Below, one piece after another: positions 13,361 to 27,064 of a DNA stretch of 64,000 bases (position 1 is its first letter; every line of letters begins with the position of its first letter). Position numbers and translations under genes: made by a program. Below the pieces are notes generated by a model, which saw only the letters and a program-made list of their open reading frames with translations, had not been told where the DNA came from and searched no databases. Origin of the DNA: Haliotis rufescens. Taxonomy: Eukaryota. The DNA is taken from the NCBI RefSeq assembly GCF_023055435.1, contig NW_025964001.1, positions 35,588,001-35,652,000 of the forward strand, written 5' to 3'.

Positions 13361-13966
13361 AGTGTTATTTGTTTTATGTGCATCTATCTATGCAATTGGG
13401 ATACGATGATATGCATCAACCAAGTCAGCGAGCCTGACCACCCGATCCCGCTAGTTGCCTCTTGCGACAAGCAAGGGTTGCTGAAGACCCATTCTCCACC
13501 TGGATCTTCACGGGTTCATTGCTATAGTTAAAGTGCCAGAACAAAGACAGAACCCAGATAATACTTTTTATCCAATACCTCTGATATAACTGTACACAGT
13601 CTGACGTCTAACCATAGTTGTCGTTGATCTAAGATGATGAGGTATCAGATACGTACATTGTCTTGAATAATGTATAGAAATGAAATCATTGCCAATAACG
13701 TAGAGCTAAATGATAATCTAAGTGGCCCATAAATCTATTTCCAATATCCGAACATTCACATAAGCCATAACGATAAGTACCAGCGAGTGCATTAGGGCTT
13801 AAATTACTGTCACCCTCGAAACCAAGATGAAGGAGTTTCTCGCCTGCAAGAAGCCCACGACGAGCCTGAGAAGCAAGAAGCGACTGACATAAACGAGTAA
13901 CGAGGATGATATAAGGGTAATCCGATTCTAACACATTTTGTTTACATCAGCAGTAATGTGTGTAAG

Positions 13967-14013
<47 letters not shown>

Positions 14014-14267
14014 ATACGCGTGTGTATCGTTTGAACAGTTATAATGACGCCCCATCTAGCACATGATGTAGTTTGCGGTAGACTTTCATAATTGATAATA
14101 ATTGTGATATTTTAGCCGTACTAAAGTCATTTCCATACTTTGGAAGTCATTTGTCAAAATTGAAAGGCATTCTTGAAAGTCCAAACTAATATCACGTGAT
14201 GTTACTAATTGATACAAGATATGAAGTATGTAGAAAGAGCTTCACAATCGTTGGACTTCTCGGAGAA

Positions 14268-15074
14268 ATGGGGAGTATTGTACTCCTAAGAATGTATATG
14301 AGTCTTTTGGGCACCTCGGTAGTGTCATCGCTGGTCCTTTCTTGTATGTTTTCGCAATCAAATATAGAAGACGATGCATGGAATGAGAGGAGGATGGACC
14401 AACCAAGATCCCGTCTCCAGTGTACCGAAGTTTGTCTGAGGGATGAGAGATGCAGAGGAATCCAATTCAGGAGATCGGAATGCAACATCACTGACCAGGC
14501 CGTTACAGCGAGTGCCCTCGGGGGGCCAATCAGGTATTATAGATTTAGGTGTTGCGAACTGGGAACGGCTACGAAATCTGCGACGCCACCGTCGAAGACG
14601 TCTTTACATCTCAGACTAACAACAGCGATGCCACTCACAGCGTCACCTAAGCTAGCTACCACGATGCGGATATCGAAACGGCTTGCATCAAAATCACCGC
14701 CTCTCCCACCAGTTTCAACAGTTTCAAGGCAAAGAAATATGTCAATTTCATCGGACATCGTAGCAGTATCGCCGCCTGCAATGGCAGAAAAAACAAACCC
14801 ATTTGTGACTCAACTAACGTCAATCTCCAAAACAGCTTCAACAATACCGATGGAAACTGCGGTGGCAACTACAGGTGATATATGTCCAAGAATATGAATC
14901 ATAAATTTTGCACTTTAGAATATTGCAAACAATATTTCCAACCAAAGGAGAGGAATGCTAGTCAAGGGTCGCGAATACCTGCGTTTTAACTGAGACCAAA
15001 CGCATCATTACAATTCCTCATCATTCAGTGGCATAACGTTTCAAAGGAAAATATATGAAATATAATGAAAATAA

Positions 15075-15162
<88 letters not shown>

Positions 15163-18100
15163 ATTATTACAATCAACATAGTGTGATGTTCATTCCTATT
15201 ATAGCCAAAGTGTGGTATTTTGAAGTATTCCCTTACGTTTTCCAATTACAGAGAGTCAATGTGCCCTTTATACCATAACCGTCAAAACAGGAACGGATAA
15301 TGGGGCTGGTACCAACTCCTTTGTTCTGCTCAGTCTCCTGGGGAGCCAAGGGAACTTCACACATGAATTAGGAAGCGTCGACGGTGATGACTTTGAATCT
15401 GGTTTTACAGACATATTCCAGGTATCATTAATACGTATTTTTTTACTTCATATCAAATGACCCTCCCAGATATTCATTACATTTCCAGAGACCGTAACTC
15501 CGGATGGAGAGGATGAGAACCTCTAGGACTAACATTATATTCGTGTTCATGTCATACTTTGTTTCACGACACTCGTGTAGTAAACATAGTATAACATGAA
15601 CATGAATATAAAATTGTCTATGTATTGTGAGTTGAGGTGAAATGGGGTTTAACGTCGCGTCCAAGATTATTGCACTTATATAGCGACGTGCATGCACGTG
15701 TATGTGTGTGTGGCTACTAGCCTACTAGTGTACTAGTCCGGACTGATGCCGATTTATAGTGCTAGCACACTGAGATACCATGCCGCAGATTTAACATGAA
15801 TACCCAACTCAGACACAGTAAACTGACACCGAGCCGACCAGTCCTTGTTTTAGTCCCTTAATGCCGAGCGTCAGACAGGGTAACAACCAGTACCATCTTT
15901 TAACGTCTTTTGGTATGACGCGGCAGGGTAACAACAAGTACCATCTTTTAAGTTCTTTTGGTATGACGCGGCCGGGGATCGAACCCCGGACCTTCCGCAC
16001 TCTGGGCGCACGCTCTACCATTAGACCACGGAGGCCGTCCCTATGTATTGTGCAAAACACTTCAATTTATCTTGTCCCCTGCGTGCTGGTCTTTCTTTTC
16101 ACACAAATTCAGACCCCATGCCCGATATGACTATCGTAACTTTGGCCTGGGATCAGAAAATATATAACTTTATGGATACCAACTTCAGGTGTATTGCATT
16201 TTGAGACCTTTCGATGTAGATTCTTACACCGTTATCAAGCCGAGTGACTACAACCAAGTAGTAAGATGTATAGAGAAATGATATGTTGTTTTAAGCAGGA
16301 AATTAAAATCAACATCAACAGATAATGTATAACAAGTAGCACACAGATACTTTTATGAAGCCAGATCTTCAGTAAGAATAAAACTATTGAACAAGCTGAT
16401 TGAGTTCTATTATTTAAACTAGTTTTTATGTTATGCCAGAAACCTATGATTGTGGGTTCGAATCCCGGGTCGCCCCGATTATGTTTCTAGGTTTGTCAGC
16501 AACATACCCGTGCTTGTGGGTTTCACCGCAGTGGTAAACGTCTGAGACCTGCATCACTTCGGGTTTTCCTCCCACATTAAGCTGACACGCCGGGATTTTA
16601 CTGGAATAATGCTAAAAACTTCACATGTTCTCACCAACTTAAAGAATCAAACGGTTTACCTGGGATAATCTTCCTGAAGTTTGAACTGATGAGTTCATGA
16701 ATAATTTGATAATTAGTTATAGTTTTCTAATTGATTCTTAACTTCTTATTTTCTAAATGATATACCACGTTTTCTTATAATCTGGTTATCTGCAAACTTC
16801 CTTTACCTTCATCATCGCGGATATATCATTTTGAGGCTACGTCTTGTTCCTTTATCGTCATCTTCAACATTCAGCTGATGAAGGGGCAAGAACTACCCTT
16901 GAAACACTGGGTACAGGAATACAGAAGCTGAATCTTCTTGTATCATGTGCCTCTTGATTGACTATCATTCTCTATTGTTATTACAGTTTGGGGATGAATG
17001 TATTGGTGAGATGGTGGACATGACTTTGAAGGTCATACCTTTCGGTGTATCGCCAGCATGGCAACTAGAATGGGTTCGTATTTTGCCACCATCATTATTT
17101 AACAGTACATTTGCGGTAAAACATGAATAATATTTGCATTTCTTTTCCATCATACTCATGTCATTTGAGATGTCAAAGCATGTCTCGATCTTTCTTTCAA
17201 ACAAATACAACCAAGATTCTCGGGAGCAAAAGTCCATCAATGTCCCAATGGCATGCGTGATGTAAGAACCGATTGAAGAGGCTCAGTTATGGGTCTGTTC
17301 CAAACTCGAATGTTATCAGTTCGACATGCTATACTTTCTCTACACTGAAAACATGTCATGTTTATCTCCATTTTACCATGGCACAATTGGGAAGTGGTTT
17401 AAGTCTCATGTTTTAAGTGGACTGGATTTTGGTTTTGTGAATTTGACCGTAATCGACACAAGTTAATTTTCACACATTTAGATCTGCGAGAGATCAATTT
17501 ACTAATTATGATGTAAATGTAATTGCGAAACTTACGCTGATTGGAGAGGGTACAGTGATAAATGTAGTCTAACATATTGTTTTACGTTTAATTTTCAGTA
17601 TATTTAGCAACTATCAATCGTACACCCATGCATGTGCTGTTCCAATAAGACTTTTAAAAGACATACTAATTAAACTGTAAGTGAACAAAAGATTGTCTGA
17701 TACCAGAACGACGTTATAGTATATATTGCATTTGTATGGTCATATATAGCGTTAATCATTCGTAGGAAACATGATTTGCAACATATGACGAAAACCGAAT
17801 TTGCTCTGCGATTTCAAAACACGATGGGTAGTAGTAGACATGCACACGGAAAAGGCTTAACTGTTTGACGCTGTAACTCTGTTGTACTAAAGTACGCTCA
17901 ACTGATCATGACGATAAATGTCGTAGTGCTCTCGCCATTCGCTGTGCAGAGTTGCGCCCCTTGGACACGCCAGATACCTCTGATAGTGGGTTCGAATCCC
18001 GGATCGCCGTAATTCTGTTTATAGGTTTGTCAGTACCATACCCGTGCTAGTCAATTCAGTGGAGTAATGGTCTTGTCTTCTGAACCTCATGATCAGATGC

Positions 18101-19801
18101 TGTCTTCACTATTGATCAGATGTTATCTTCACCAAGCTAGACGTGTCTGACGTTGACGTCGAAGCAAAATATGGTTGTCTTGTTGACATAACGTCATAAT
18201 TATATCATGAGCATGTGTTCATAAATCACCATCAAATAGTAATGGTACCAGGTGTTTGCGAAAAGGTGAGCGTATCCTGCCCACCGGTGGCACCCGCCAC
18301 AAACACATGCAAAGGCAAGTCAATTGTTCACCTGAAAAAAAACACGGGAACTCATGGTACAAGTCAAAATAGGGAATTGCACCGCGTGTTTTGTCACTGA
18401 TGCGTCAAATTTGTGAATGACCTCCACATGTCTACCATAAAACTGAAAGTTTTACTGGGGCCTTGAATGTTGTAACCTTGATCCAACAACCTCTGAGCAA
18501 GAGGCGAATGATGCTCTTTGAAATCTTGGTAGAAAGAGCACGCTCGATTGTATCTCAAAGTTGTGAAATGTAGACACCAAACTATTAAGGCTTGAGCTGC
18601 TGGAATATTGCTCGACATGAAGGGAAAGTTGACTATTTGAAAGTCAAAGTCACCCCTCTTGTCATACAGTCTATATAGCATGTTATAGGACACGGTGATA
18701 TTTAAATTTATATGTAAACAAACATTGTGTTAGCAAAAGTTTCAAAAAAATATATCGCATATGAAAAGCCACCAAACAGTAATAGATACCCAGTATGATT
18801 AATTGTCTAATTACATATTCAATAGATGGTCAAATTGTACATAAGATTGTAACCGAAACTACACTACAGTTTCGAGTATATGTTGTTAGTGAATTGACTA
18901 GGGCTTCATCTTAAATAAAGTATTAGTTAAATTCAGTTATGATTGATGGTATTTCATCACAGATTTTCAGTGATCCATTCATATCATTTTGCTGACACTG
19001 CTATTTTGCCTTTAACGCCCATTAGAATCTGTTTCAGCAGAACATCGTGACCGATAATCGAGACTCGTTGTTCTCTGTCGTTGGCATTTCATATGGCTAT
19101 GTATGTTTGGCAATTTTAGTTATGTTAATATGTAAACCTACTGCAGAGTGATGCCATTTTCTTGTGTAAAAATATATAAAAGGCGTGGCAATTCGCCGCG
19201 TTGAGAGATGTGCAGGGTTGAGTCCCTCTGGGAACGTCAGAAACCTATAATCGTGGGTTCGAATCCCGGTTCGCCCCGATTCTGTTTATAGGTTTGTCAG
19301 CACCATACCCATTCTAACTGATGGCTGTCCTTCCACATTAAACTGACACGCCGTGATATAACTGAAAGAGTGTTCAAAGGGGCGTAAAATCCAAAACTCA
19401 CTCACAATAACATTGGGCTAAAAGGCAAAATAGCTGTGAAAATTATGTCAATGGTCCCTCAAATGGCATTTTGTATTTCAACCAGATACTTTCTTTATTA
19501 AAAACTATTTGTATATTGAAAATTTTTAAAAAAAATTATACATTTTCTGTGACAATACATCTATATTATTAAAGAATAGCAAATGGTCTGTCAGGTTTTA
19601 CCGAAACAAACGTCAGACAGAATACTTATTTTTCAGATCACAGTACAGATCAACATCTTCAGTGAAGGTGGACCCTCTAACACAACAACATACATAGCCG
19701 ACGTGAACTCCTGGCTGGCTTGCGCCTGGAATCCGTTTGTACCTGAGCCAGATGAACGGACATTACCGTTCAGGAAACTTCCGATATCCACTAAGGACTA
19801 G
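14268..19801 (+). CDS. Gene B copy 1: secreted PAN/Apple-like + Ser/Thr/Pro-rich + PLAT domain protein (342 aa)
   Basis: Exon 14268-14874: hydrophobic signal-like N-terminus, RSRLQCTEVCLRDERCRGIQFRRSEC...YY PAN pattern and an S/T/P stalk. Exon 15252-15421: YTITVKTGTDNGAGTNS...DDFESGFTDIF (PLAT). Exons 16987-17073 and 19637-19801 (stop). Phases 1/0/0 give an open 1029-nt CDS; AATAAA at ~19944. Confidence 0.82.
15630..16040 (-). mobile_element. Family A SINE with an internal duplication of its core
   Basis: 12-bp TSD CTATGTATTGTG (15618-15629, 16041-16052). About 48 bp of core is duplicated near 15876-15970. Not present in copy 2. Confidence 0.88.
18240..18700 (-). mobile_element. Degraded retroelement RT C-terminal fragment (Penelope-like)
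   Basis: LYDKRGDFDFQIVNFPFMSSNIPA...RYNRACSFYQDF...LLDQGY motif, frameshifted. Paralogous fragment at 46080-46530. Confidence 0.65.
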
Positions 19802-21517
19802 GGAGGATGAAGACAAGACAGTCAGGCATCACTGTCAAACGTTAGTCCTTCGAACCGAGTTGATCTGCTCATGTAGTCTTTCTCTCTGGAAACAGTGTTC
19901 ATGATGCGGACATATACCTAAACTAATTATCGTTTGCAGCAGAAATAAACTACTTCCGAAACCAATTGTCATAATTATGTTAAACATATTAATTACCCTT
20001 CCCAACTCGTCATTCTTTTTATGATTTAATGTGTCTTAATATAATTTCTTTAACAAACTACGATATACACAGTATGCTTTAACGAGCTTTGGGTGGTTTT
20101 CAGTCATGACGCTGCCTTGGTAGATAAGCGTTCAATCAACGTAACATTTTCATGGAGATTGGCAGACCTGCCCAGGCTGTGGCATGTGCTGTGTCTTCAT
20201 GGGTATCACACACAACACGTCAACTGAGACCTCTCGATATTCTGCCGAACAGATTCCATTTGGCGTAAAGGGCAAAATAACGGTGAAAATTTTAGGCATG
20301 GATCACTGAAAATCAGTGATGAGAACAGATGTTCGCGAAAAGGATAATCATCTCCCTCCACACCGGTAACACCCGTGACTCACAGAATTTGCATAAATAT
20401 GCCCATCCAAGTGTCTTCCTAATAACGGCGGGGGACACACATCGTAGTCCATGTGGGGAATGGAATCTGGGTCTTTGAAGTGACGAGAGAATACAATAGG
20501 AGAAGAAACAAAGAACAAAGATGACGAACTAAAGAATACATATGCATTTACTTTAAAAATCTACACAGTCCGTTTACAAAGACTCTACTCAGTATTGTCC
20601 CCTACATCTGTATTGTGTGTCAAGAAGCAATATGTTTTGTTTTTATTAATCAACATTACAGTCTTTACTTCTGACTTGCAAAGAGGTTATTTCAAAGCTA
20701 TAAACATTTAGGGTTACTTAAAGTTCCTTTTTCAAGATTGACAAATCCATTTCACAATATTATCTTTCCTCCAAAAAAACACAAACGTTATCAAAACGTC
20801 TCCAGGCGCCCAGACACTAGTCATGCAACCGTAATCATGATACCCATCCCAAACACAATCATGATACTCGTATCAAACACAGCACCACCGAATAAGCATT
20901 TCTTGCGTTGTTAGCCACCATAAACCATGGGAGTGTACTCTCTTTTAAGAGGCAGTGTATTTCCCTGCTAATCAAGTTTCATCTCAAACGTTCCAGTATA
21001 TCTACTTCCCTCTTGTCAATATCAAAATGACCTTTAATCGTGTTCGAGTCATCGAAATTAAAAAAGAACAAAAAAACAGCTTAAATAAAGATTGTTTCGA
21101 TAATGATTTTCTTTGCCGCGGTCATCAATATTCAATTTCTGTAACGATGTTCATGTTCGCATGCAAACGAGTAAGGGCCAGGAGAAGCGGTGTTTGATAG
21201 TACGTCTCAGTGTTAAGGTCGATTAAAATTGATTGAAATTCTTTGATAAGCATTTCTTACGAGTTGACTGGTGACAACATAGACACAATTTATGGAACTC
21301 AACTTCTGTAATATGCTATTTTAGCGACGTTTCAGTCTTGCTTGACAACGGAAGTGTGTGTTATCCATAAATTGTGTCCTCGTTGTCAATCATGAATTGC
21401 TGAGGCCTTGCTGAGGCCCCTATAGCGGACATATTCGCGGGGTCTCAAATACGACATCACCCCCTATGCAATATCACAGAGATGTTCTTGGTGGAAAGAG
21501 CCATATTGTTCATCCAA

Positions 21518-21637
21518 TCACGTCGCCTTCATATCCCACTGTTGTTTGGGATTGTTATTGTCACAGTCTGAAAGAAATACTGCGGGTGCACTGGTGAGGC
21601 ACTGATTTAACTCCGGGTGACGGATTAAGCCTGTTTC
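21518..21637 (-). pseudogene. Orphan duplicated terminal exon of the GALNT gene
   Basis: Same peptide as 49555-49674 ([39 protein letters not shown]). The upstream GALNT exons are absent from copy 1. Confidence 0.85.
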
Positions 21638-22085
21638 CTGAAATGATATAAAGGATAATGGTAGCAACATGTGTTGGGTATCCGATGCCCGGAAATTTCA
21701 TATGGAACCGTCAGCCGGATTCACTCATGGAACATTTCCGTGCATTGAATACTTATTGATTCGCAAATCGGAAAACGATTGTATTTTTAGTGAGGATAAG
21801 TTATATGGATGAACAACGTTTCGGTTCTTACACCGTTATCTTGTAAAGAGCGACTGACGGGATCGTCTGGTCAGACTCGCTGACTTGGTTGATACATGTT
21901 ATCGTATCCCAATTGCGTAGTTCGAGGCTCATGATGGCAATCACTGGATTGTCTGGTCCAGATTCAATTATTTACAGACCGCCGTCATATAGCTTGAGTG
22001 CGGCTTTAAACAAGAAAACAAACAAACATTGAGCTGTGACACCACCACTGTACCATGGCGTCCTGACGAATAAACACGGGAAGAG

Positions 22086-22371
22086 TGAGTGTGAGTGAGT
22101 GAGTTGGGTTTAACGCCGCTTTTCACAGTATTCCAGTTATATCACGGCGCGTCAGCTTAATGTGGGAGGAAAGCCCCAAGTGATGCAGGTCTCAGACGTT
22201 TATAAATTCGGTGAAACCCACGAGCAAGGGTATGGTGCTGACAAACCTAGAAACATAATCGGGGCGACCCGGGATTCGAACCCACAATCATAGATTTTTG
22301 GCGAGCCCAAGGAACGCAACCCTGCACAGCGAATCGTGGCGCCTTAGACGACTGGGCCAACCGTGCCCCCG
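22086..22371 (-). mobile_element. Family B SINE
   Basis: Full-length reverse-complement copy with tRNA-like head and (ACTC)n tail. Confidence 0.85.
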
Positions 22372-22982
22372 GAATATTGTTGAGTGCGACATTAAAAACA
22401 CACAAACAAAGGGTTGTTAAACCATATCTGTGATTCGTATATTCGGTAATCACTCATAATGATCAGGTGGTTATAATATGTGATCAGGCTAACTGTGTCT
22501 GATTTGTTTTGTTCATACTATCAACCACTGGTGTACTTAGATCCCCTGGCTCCCAACGTGTGAAGCCCATTTCTGGTGTCCCCCGCCGTGATATTGCTGG
22601 AATATTGCTATTGTATAACTGGTAATATAAAACGGGTCCTGACAAAACAGGGTTGTTACAATTGTTGAACTTGTTATATCCAAACACTAGTATCTCCCAG
22701 GTAGCGGTAGCTTGTTTCTTCACTTAAGATATCGGACCCCTTTTAATCCAGAGTACTTTTAGTTCCGGCCCATGTCAGACAGGCTCGGTTCTTATTCCTT
22801 TCGTATCGGTGTACCGGGGCTGACGAGAAAGGGCGTTTCAGTTTAGAAAAAAAAACAGTGGTCATAAATAATGGGGAAATATTAAATGTAGCTGGTCAGT
22901 TTCTGCTATTGTGAAACAAATATGCAAGACACCGGCTGATATTTACTTGCTCTCAATAACTACCCGATTCTTAACTTAACCC

Positions 22983-23382
22983 GGTACCTTGAAAGATAGC
23001 TGGAAGTTTTCCCTTAATAGAGAACATACGGTACCTTGAAAGATAGCTGGAAGTTTTCCCTTAATAGAGAACATACTGTACCTTGAAAGATAGCTGGGAG
23101 TTTTTCCTCAATAGAGAACATACGGTACCTTGAAAGATAGCTGGAAGTTTTCCCTTAATGAAGAACATACGGTACCTTGAAAGATAGCTGGAAGTTTTCC
23201 CTTAATAGAGAACATACGGTACCTTGAAAGATAGCTTGAAGTTTTCTCTTAATAGAGAACATACGGTACCTTGAAAGATAGTTGGAAGTTTTCTCTTAGT
23301 AGAGAACATGCGGTACCTTGAAAGACAGTTGGAAGTTTTCTCTTAATAGAGAACATACGGTACCTTGAAAGACAGCTGGAAG
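22983..23382. repeat. 47-bp minisatellite (~8.5 units) derived from the GALNT exon 7 donor junction
   Basis: Unit GGTACCTTGAAAGATAGCTGGAAGTTTTCCCTTAATAGAGAACATAC, the same as at 55625-55935. Confidence 0.92.
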
Positions 23383-24281
23383 ACACCAGAAATGGGCTTC
23401 ACACATTGTACCCATGTCGGGAATCGAACCCGGGTCTTCGGAGTGACGTGCGAACGCTTTAACCACTAGGCTACCCTACCGCCCCCAATAGTTGAGGAGG
23501 ACCTGCTCAATGATCTGAGCATTTGTAGTATTGCCATATTCTAGGAGAGGAACTTATCAGTCAACAATGCGTTTTCCTCAAGCAATTTTAGAATCCTTAA
23601 TAAAGCTATCACATCCCCAGATGGTGAAAACCGTCCGGTTGGGGATTTCTGGATGAACATCCCAGGCATCAGTTTCTTAACTAAGGATTGTTGTACAACT
23701 GCATAACACACAACTGCTTGACATGTAGTCCTAGTGGTCTAAGAAGTTGTACATGAACTCTTTTCACTATGCAGGTTAGCAAGGTAGTATAGACTTGAAA
23801 AGGATCATTACTCCTTTCATCACACCAGTGAATCCACCTCAGTTGGGAGATTATAAAGCTCGTTACTTTGGGAAAAAAGGACAGAGAGGGTACCGTGTAT
23901 AGCTTTGTCTGAAAGGAAACAAATCGATCGCAAATGGGCCCAAATCCTGTTGCGTTAAGCGAACAAGTCTGGGGAGAGCTTCCAGTCACTCCAGTAAAGT
24001 ACAATGCATACTGTAGGAACTTTGTTATATTTTTCTATGACGTTTTCCCAAAAGCTCCTAGTCAGCAAACAGTCCTTAGCTGTAACTGGCTAATCGTCAC
24101 GGATATTTACCTCGAGTTTCAAAATTTGAACGAAAATAAGTGAAAAAGGCTTGTCAATTTGCTTGGGTAGATTACTTATACAGCTGGAACATTACCTACT
24201 GCGTCTTTTAAACAACAATAACTCGCTTCGCTAGAGTAATAACATAAGAAATATAATATCCCATCTCGTCTAGCCTGTCAG

Positions 24282-27064
24282 TGGAACGAATTATTCCCAT
24301 TGGAACCACCCAGTACAAAGCTTCTGTAAAAACTGGAAATCAGGACAAGGCTAGCACGGATTCAAGTGTAACCTTCATAATCCGCGGGGCAAAGGGACAA
24401 GTCGAGCACCTCCTTGACGTTCCACACGTTGATGACTTTCAACAGAACGCTCAGGAGACCTTTACTGTAAGTTGAACTTCGCAGTTGCTTCTGTTTAATC
24501 CTTTTTACAGCTTAAAGGTATATCTTGGTATCAATGTCACATTATGTAGACAACATGATACCGTAGCGCATCAAAGTCTAACTGAACAATAGGCGTCAGA
24601 ATGATAATATATATGATACAGCAATGTTTGGTGTGAAGCATTAAATTCTAGATTTAAAACAGGGTTAAATTTTCAAAAAGTGTTCGCTGGATATCATGAA
24701 CAGAAATGTGTTATAAATTAAATTGATTGACTCCTTCTTTCACAGAGGACAGAAAATTAAACAGATAGGCAGTCTTCACAAAAATCGCTATTATTGTAAC
24801 GAAGGCATATTATGTCTTTGAAGAAGGTACCTTTTTGGTTTGAATGTTTTTTTGTACTTTCCTGGGAGTTTGTTGTGTTTACCAAGCCGATTATGCGGCT
24901 ACATTGCCTTTAATTATCTTTGTGACATGTTTAGTTAGTTGTAGGACTCAACACAGGTGTACCTTTTGGGGGGATTTTTAAGGTTTGAGCTTGTTTTGTC
25001 CATGTTCTTTTTCATGTAATTCTCTTAAATGCATCATTTGTATGTTGACATAATCGCATCTACTATGGCCAGACTGAGGAAGGGGGTATTTGGCATGAAT
25101 GGTTTTGGCATGTGGAGTAAGGCACTAATTTCTTTTCATTATTAAATAAATAATGATGAAAATGAATAAGTGCTTTACTCCTCGGCATTTACACAGAAAA
25201 TATTTTTAATATCAATGCTGACAGCAAGTTTTCTTGAGTGACTTTTTTCACATTGTGAACTATCACTTGTATATTCAGTTGAGTGAGTGAGTAAGTAGGG
25301 TTTTTTAACGCCGCCTTTAACAGCATCCTAGCAATATGACGGCAGTGGACACCAGAAACCGGCATCACACATAGTACACATGAATCGAACCCAGGTCATC
25401 GGCATAACGAGCGGACGCTTAAAAAACTAGGCAACCCCACCGCCGCTTCAGGTGAGCCGCAGTGCCGTGTCACTAATGTTTACATCTGAACATGTTGTAC
25501 AAAAGGTTGTTTGTTTTTAAACAGTATTTTCCAGAAAGTTATCTCTTTGATTCTGTATTATCTAAAGGTTGTTGATTTGTCCACCATGCTGTTGGATTGG
25601 CAGGTGATGATAGGTTAACTGGATCGGATGGTCAGGCTCGGGGACATGGTTGATGGCTTGTCATCGTAAGGCGTTGTACACGATATTAATGATTTATCTG
25701 ACTTGGATTATGTTGAGGCCTCGAATATTATTATTGCTTACTGCGACCATAGGCAACAAAGAAATAAACTAAAAATACTTCAGTAAAATTAAACTTTCTC
25801 TCTCTGTGATGAAACATCGGTAACTGAAACCATTTCATTAACAATTCATTTGAAAGTAACGTCAGTGATCTGTTTGAACAATATTGTTAGCTATGAATTA
25901 TTGTTTGTTATTCATTAGTATATGTGTATATACCCAATCATCTGCAACCAAGGATGATAATGATTATGTTCATCAACCAACTCAGATTCTATTTATTTTT
26001 CGTTTCTAGTTTAACGAAAAGGACGTTGGACACATAGTGGATTTGAGACTTCATGTTGTCAGATTTGGATTTGACCCTGCCTGGTATTGCGAAAAGGTAA
26101 TTCTTCTTGGAAAAAAATACATATTTGCTAAATGTTTTCTTGTTTTTTTTCAAGAACTTTAGCTTTCCAACCAACACTCCATTATTGAGAAGTTCATAAG
26201 TTAGATTCTGGATGCAAATGGAATTTCCTTGATCTTGGAATGAACACTGTCAGCATCCCCATTGCAAAATACAACAATGATCAGGACAAATTAAAAATCT
26301 CAGTGATTAAAGAGTCAGCTCGGAAGTAAGTGCTTATAACATTCTTATTAAGGTAGCTCATACGCACATCACCTTTTCTTTCAAAGTTGTACCGCACTGG
26401 ACAAATGTTTTCCCAACCAGAAGTGATATTATTAAACTGGAAGTGTTTATTATTTTGTTTATCAAGGTAGCTAGAGGCACAGTATTGTGGTACTCGGCCT
26501 CCGTTGTGGATTAGAATTTATGGATGACTAATTTCTTTATTACAATGAAGAGCGACGTTTCGGTGTAGGTTTAACACCGTTATCAAGCAAGTGATACGTG
26601 TCAGGTTAACGTGAGGAGCAAGTCCTTAACTGACGCAGGTCATAGAAGTTTACAACTTTGGTGAAATCAACGTATGTTGGTGACAAAGGATTATAATTTG
26701 GACAAATATAAGATCTGGGGAGACAAGGGTGTTAATCGTGTTACCGAAAAAGATCAGCGGATCATGACACGACTAGGAGACGATTCTGTACGGCGAATTG
26801 AGATGCCTTCTGTGCTAAAGATGACCATGCTTGGCAACTTGATGATCATTAATTAATGCATTAGGAAAAAAATTCGAGCCTGATACCTTGACTGAAATAT
26901 AGCAGAAATAATACGCTTGTTATTACGCCTTTGAAGCAGTGTCATATCATCATTTATCGTTTCATTCCATTCAGATGATGTTAACAACTCATACACACGA
27001 GAAGTTTGGCATCAAGACAAGTATGTATATATACAAGATAAAAAACAAAAATATCTTCTTTTAA
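24282..27064 (+). pseudogene. Gene A copy 2: 5'-truncated PLAT gene with a deletion in the last exon
   Basis: Exons 24282-24466, 26010-26096 and 26975-27064. The Thr-rich exon lies outside the duplication and is missing. About 100 bp of the terminal exon is deleted, giving MMLTTHTHEKFGIKTSMYIYKIKNKNIFF*. Confidence 0.8.

Larger units (their letters stand above)
4162..23382. repeat. Tandem segmental duplication, copy 1
   Basis: Colinear with 23620-55930 (roughly 95% identity by eye, with indels), from GATGGTGAAAACCGTC (4163 vs 23620) to the 47-bp minisatellite. Confidence 0.9.

Noticed and set aside
13686-13934. 82-aa ORF similar to 42121-42318; likewise 4224-4547/23681-24004 and 8089-8271/26674-26856
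   Set aside because: Similarity is explained by the recent duplication; no recognisable domain, and indels disturb the frame in some pairs.
14192-14868. Minus-strand ORFs overlapping gene B exon 1
   Set aside because: Antisense shadows of a real coding exon, with no motifs.
22983-23382. Regular 47-bp repeats resembling a CRISPR array
   Set aside because: No unique spacers, no cas genes, eukaryotic context; the unit derives from the GALNT exon-intron junction.
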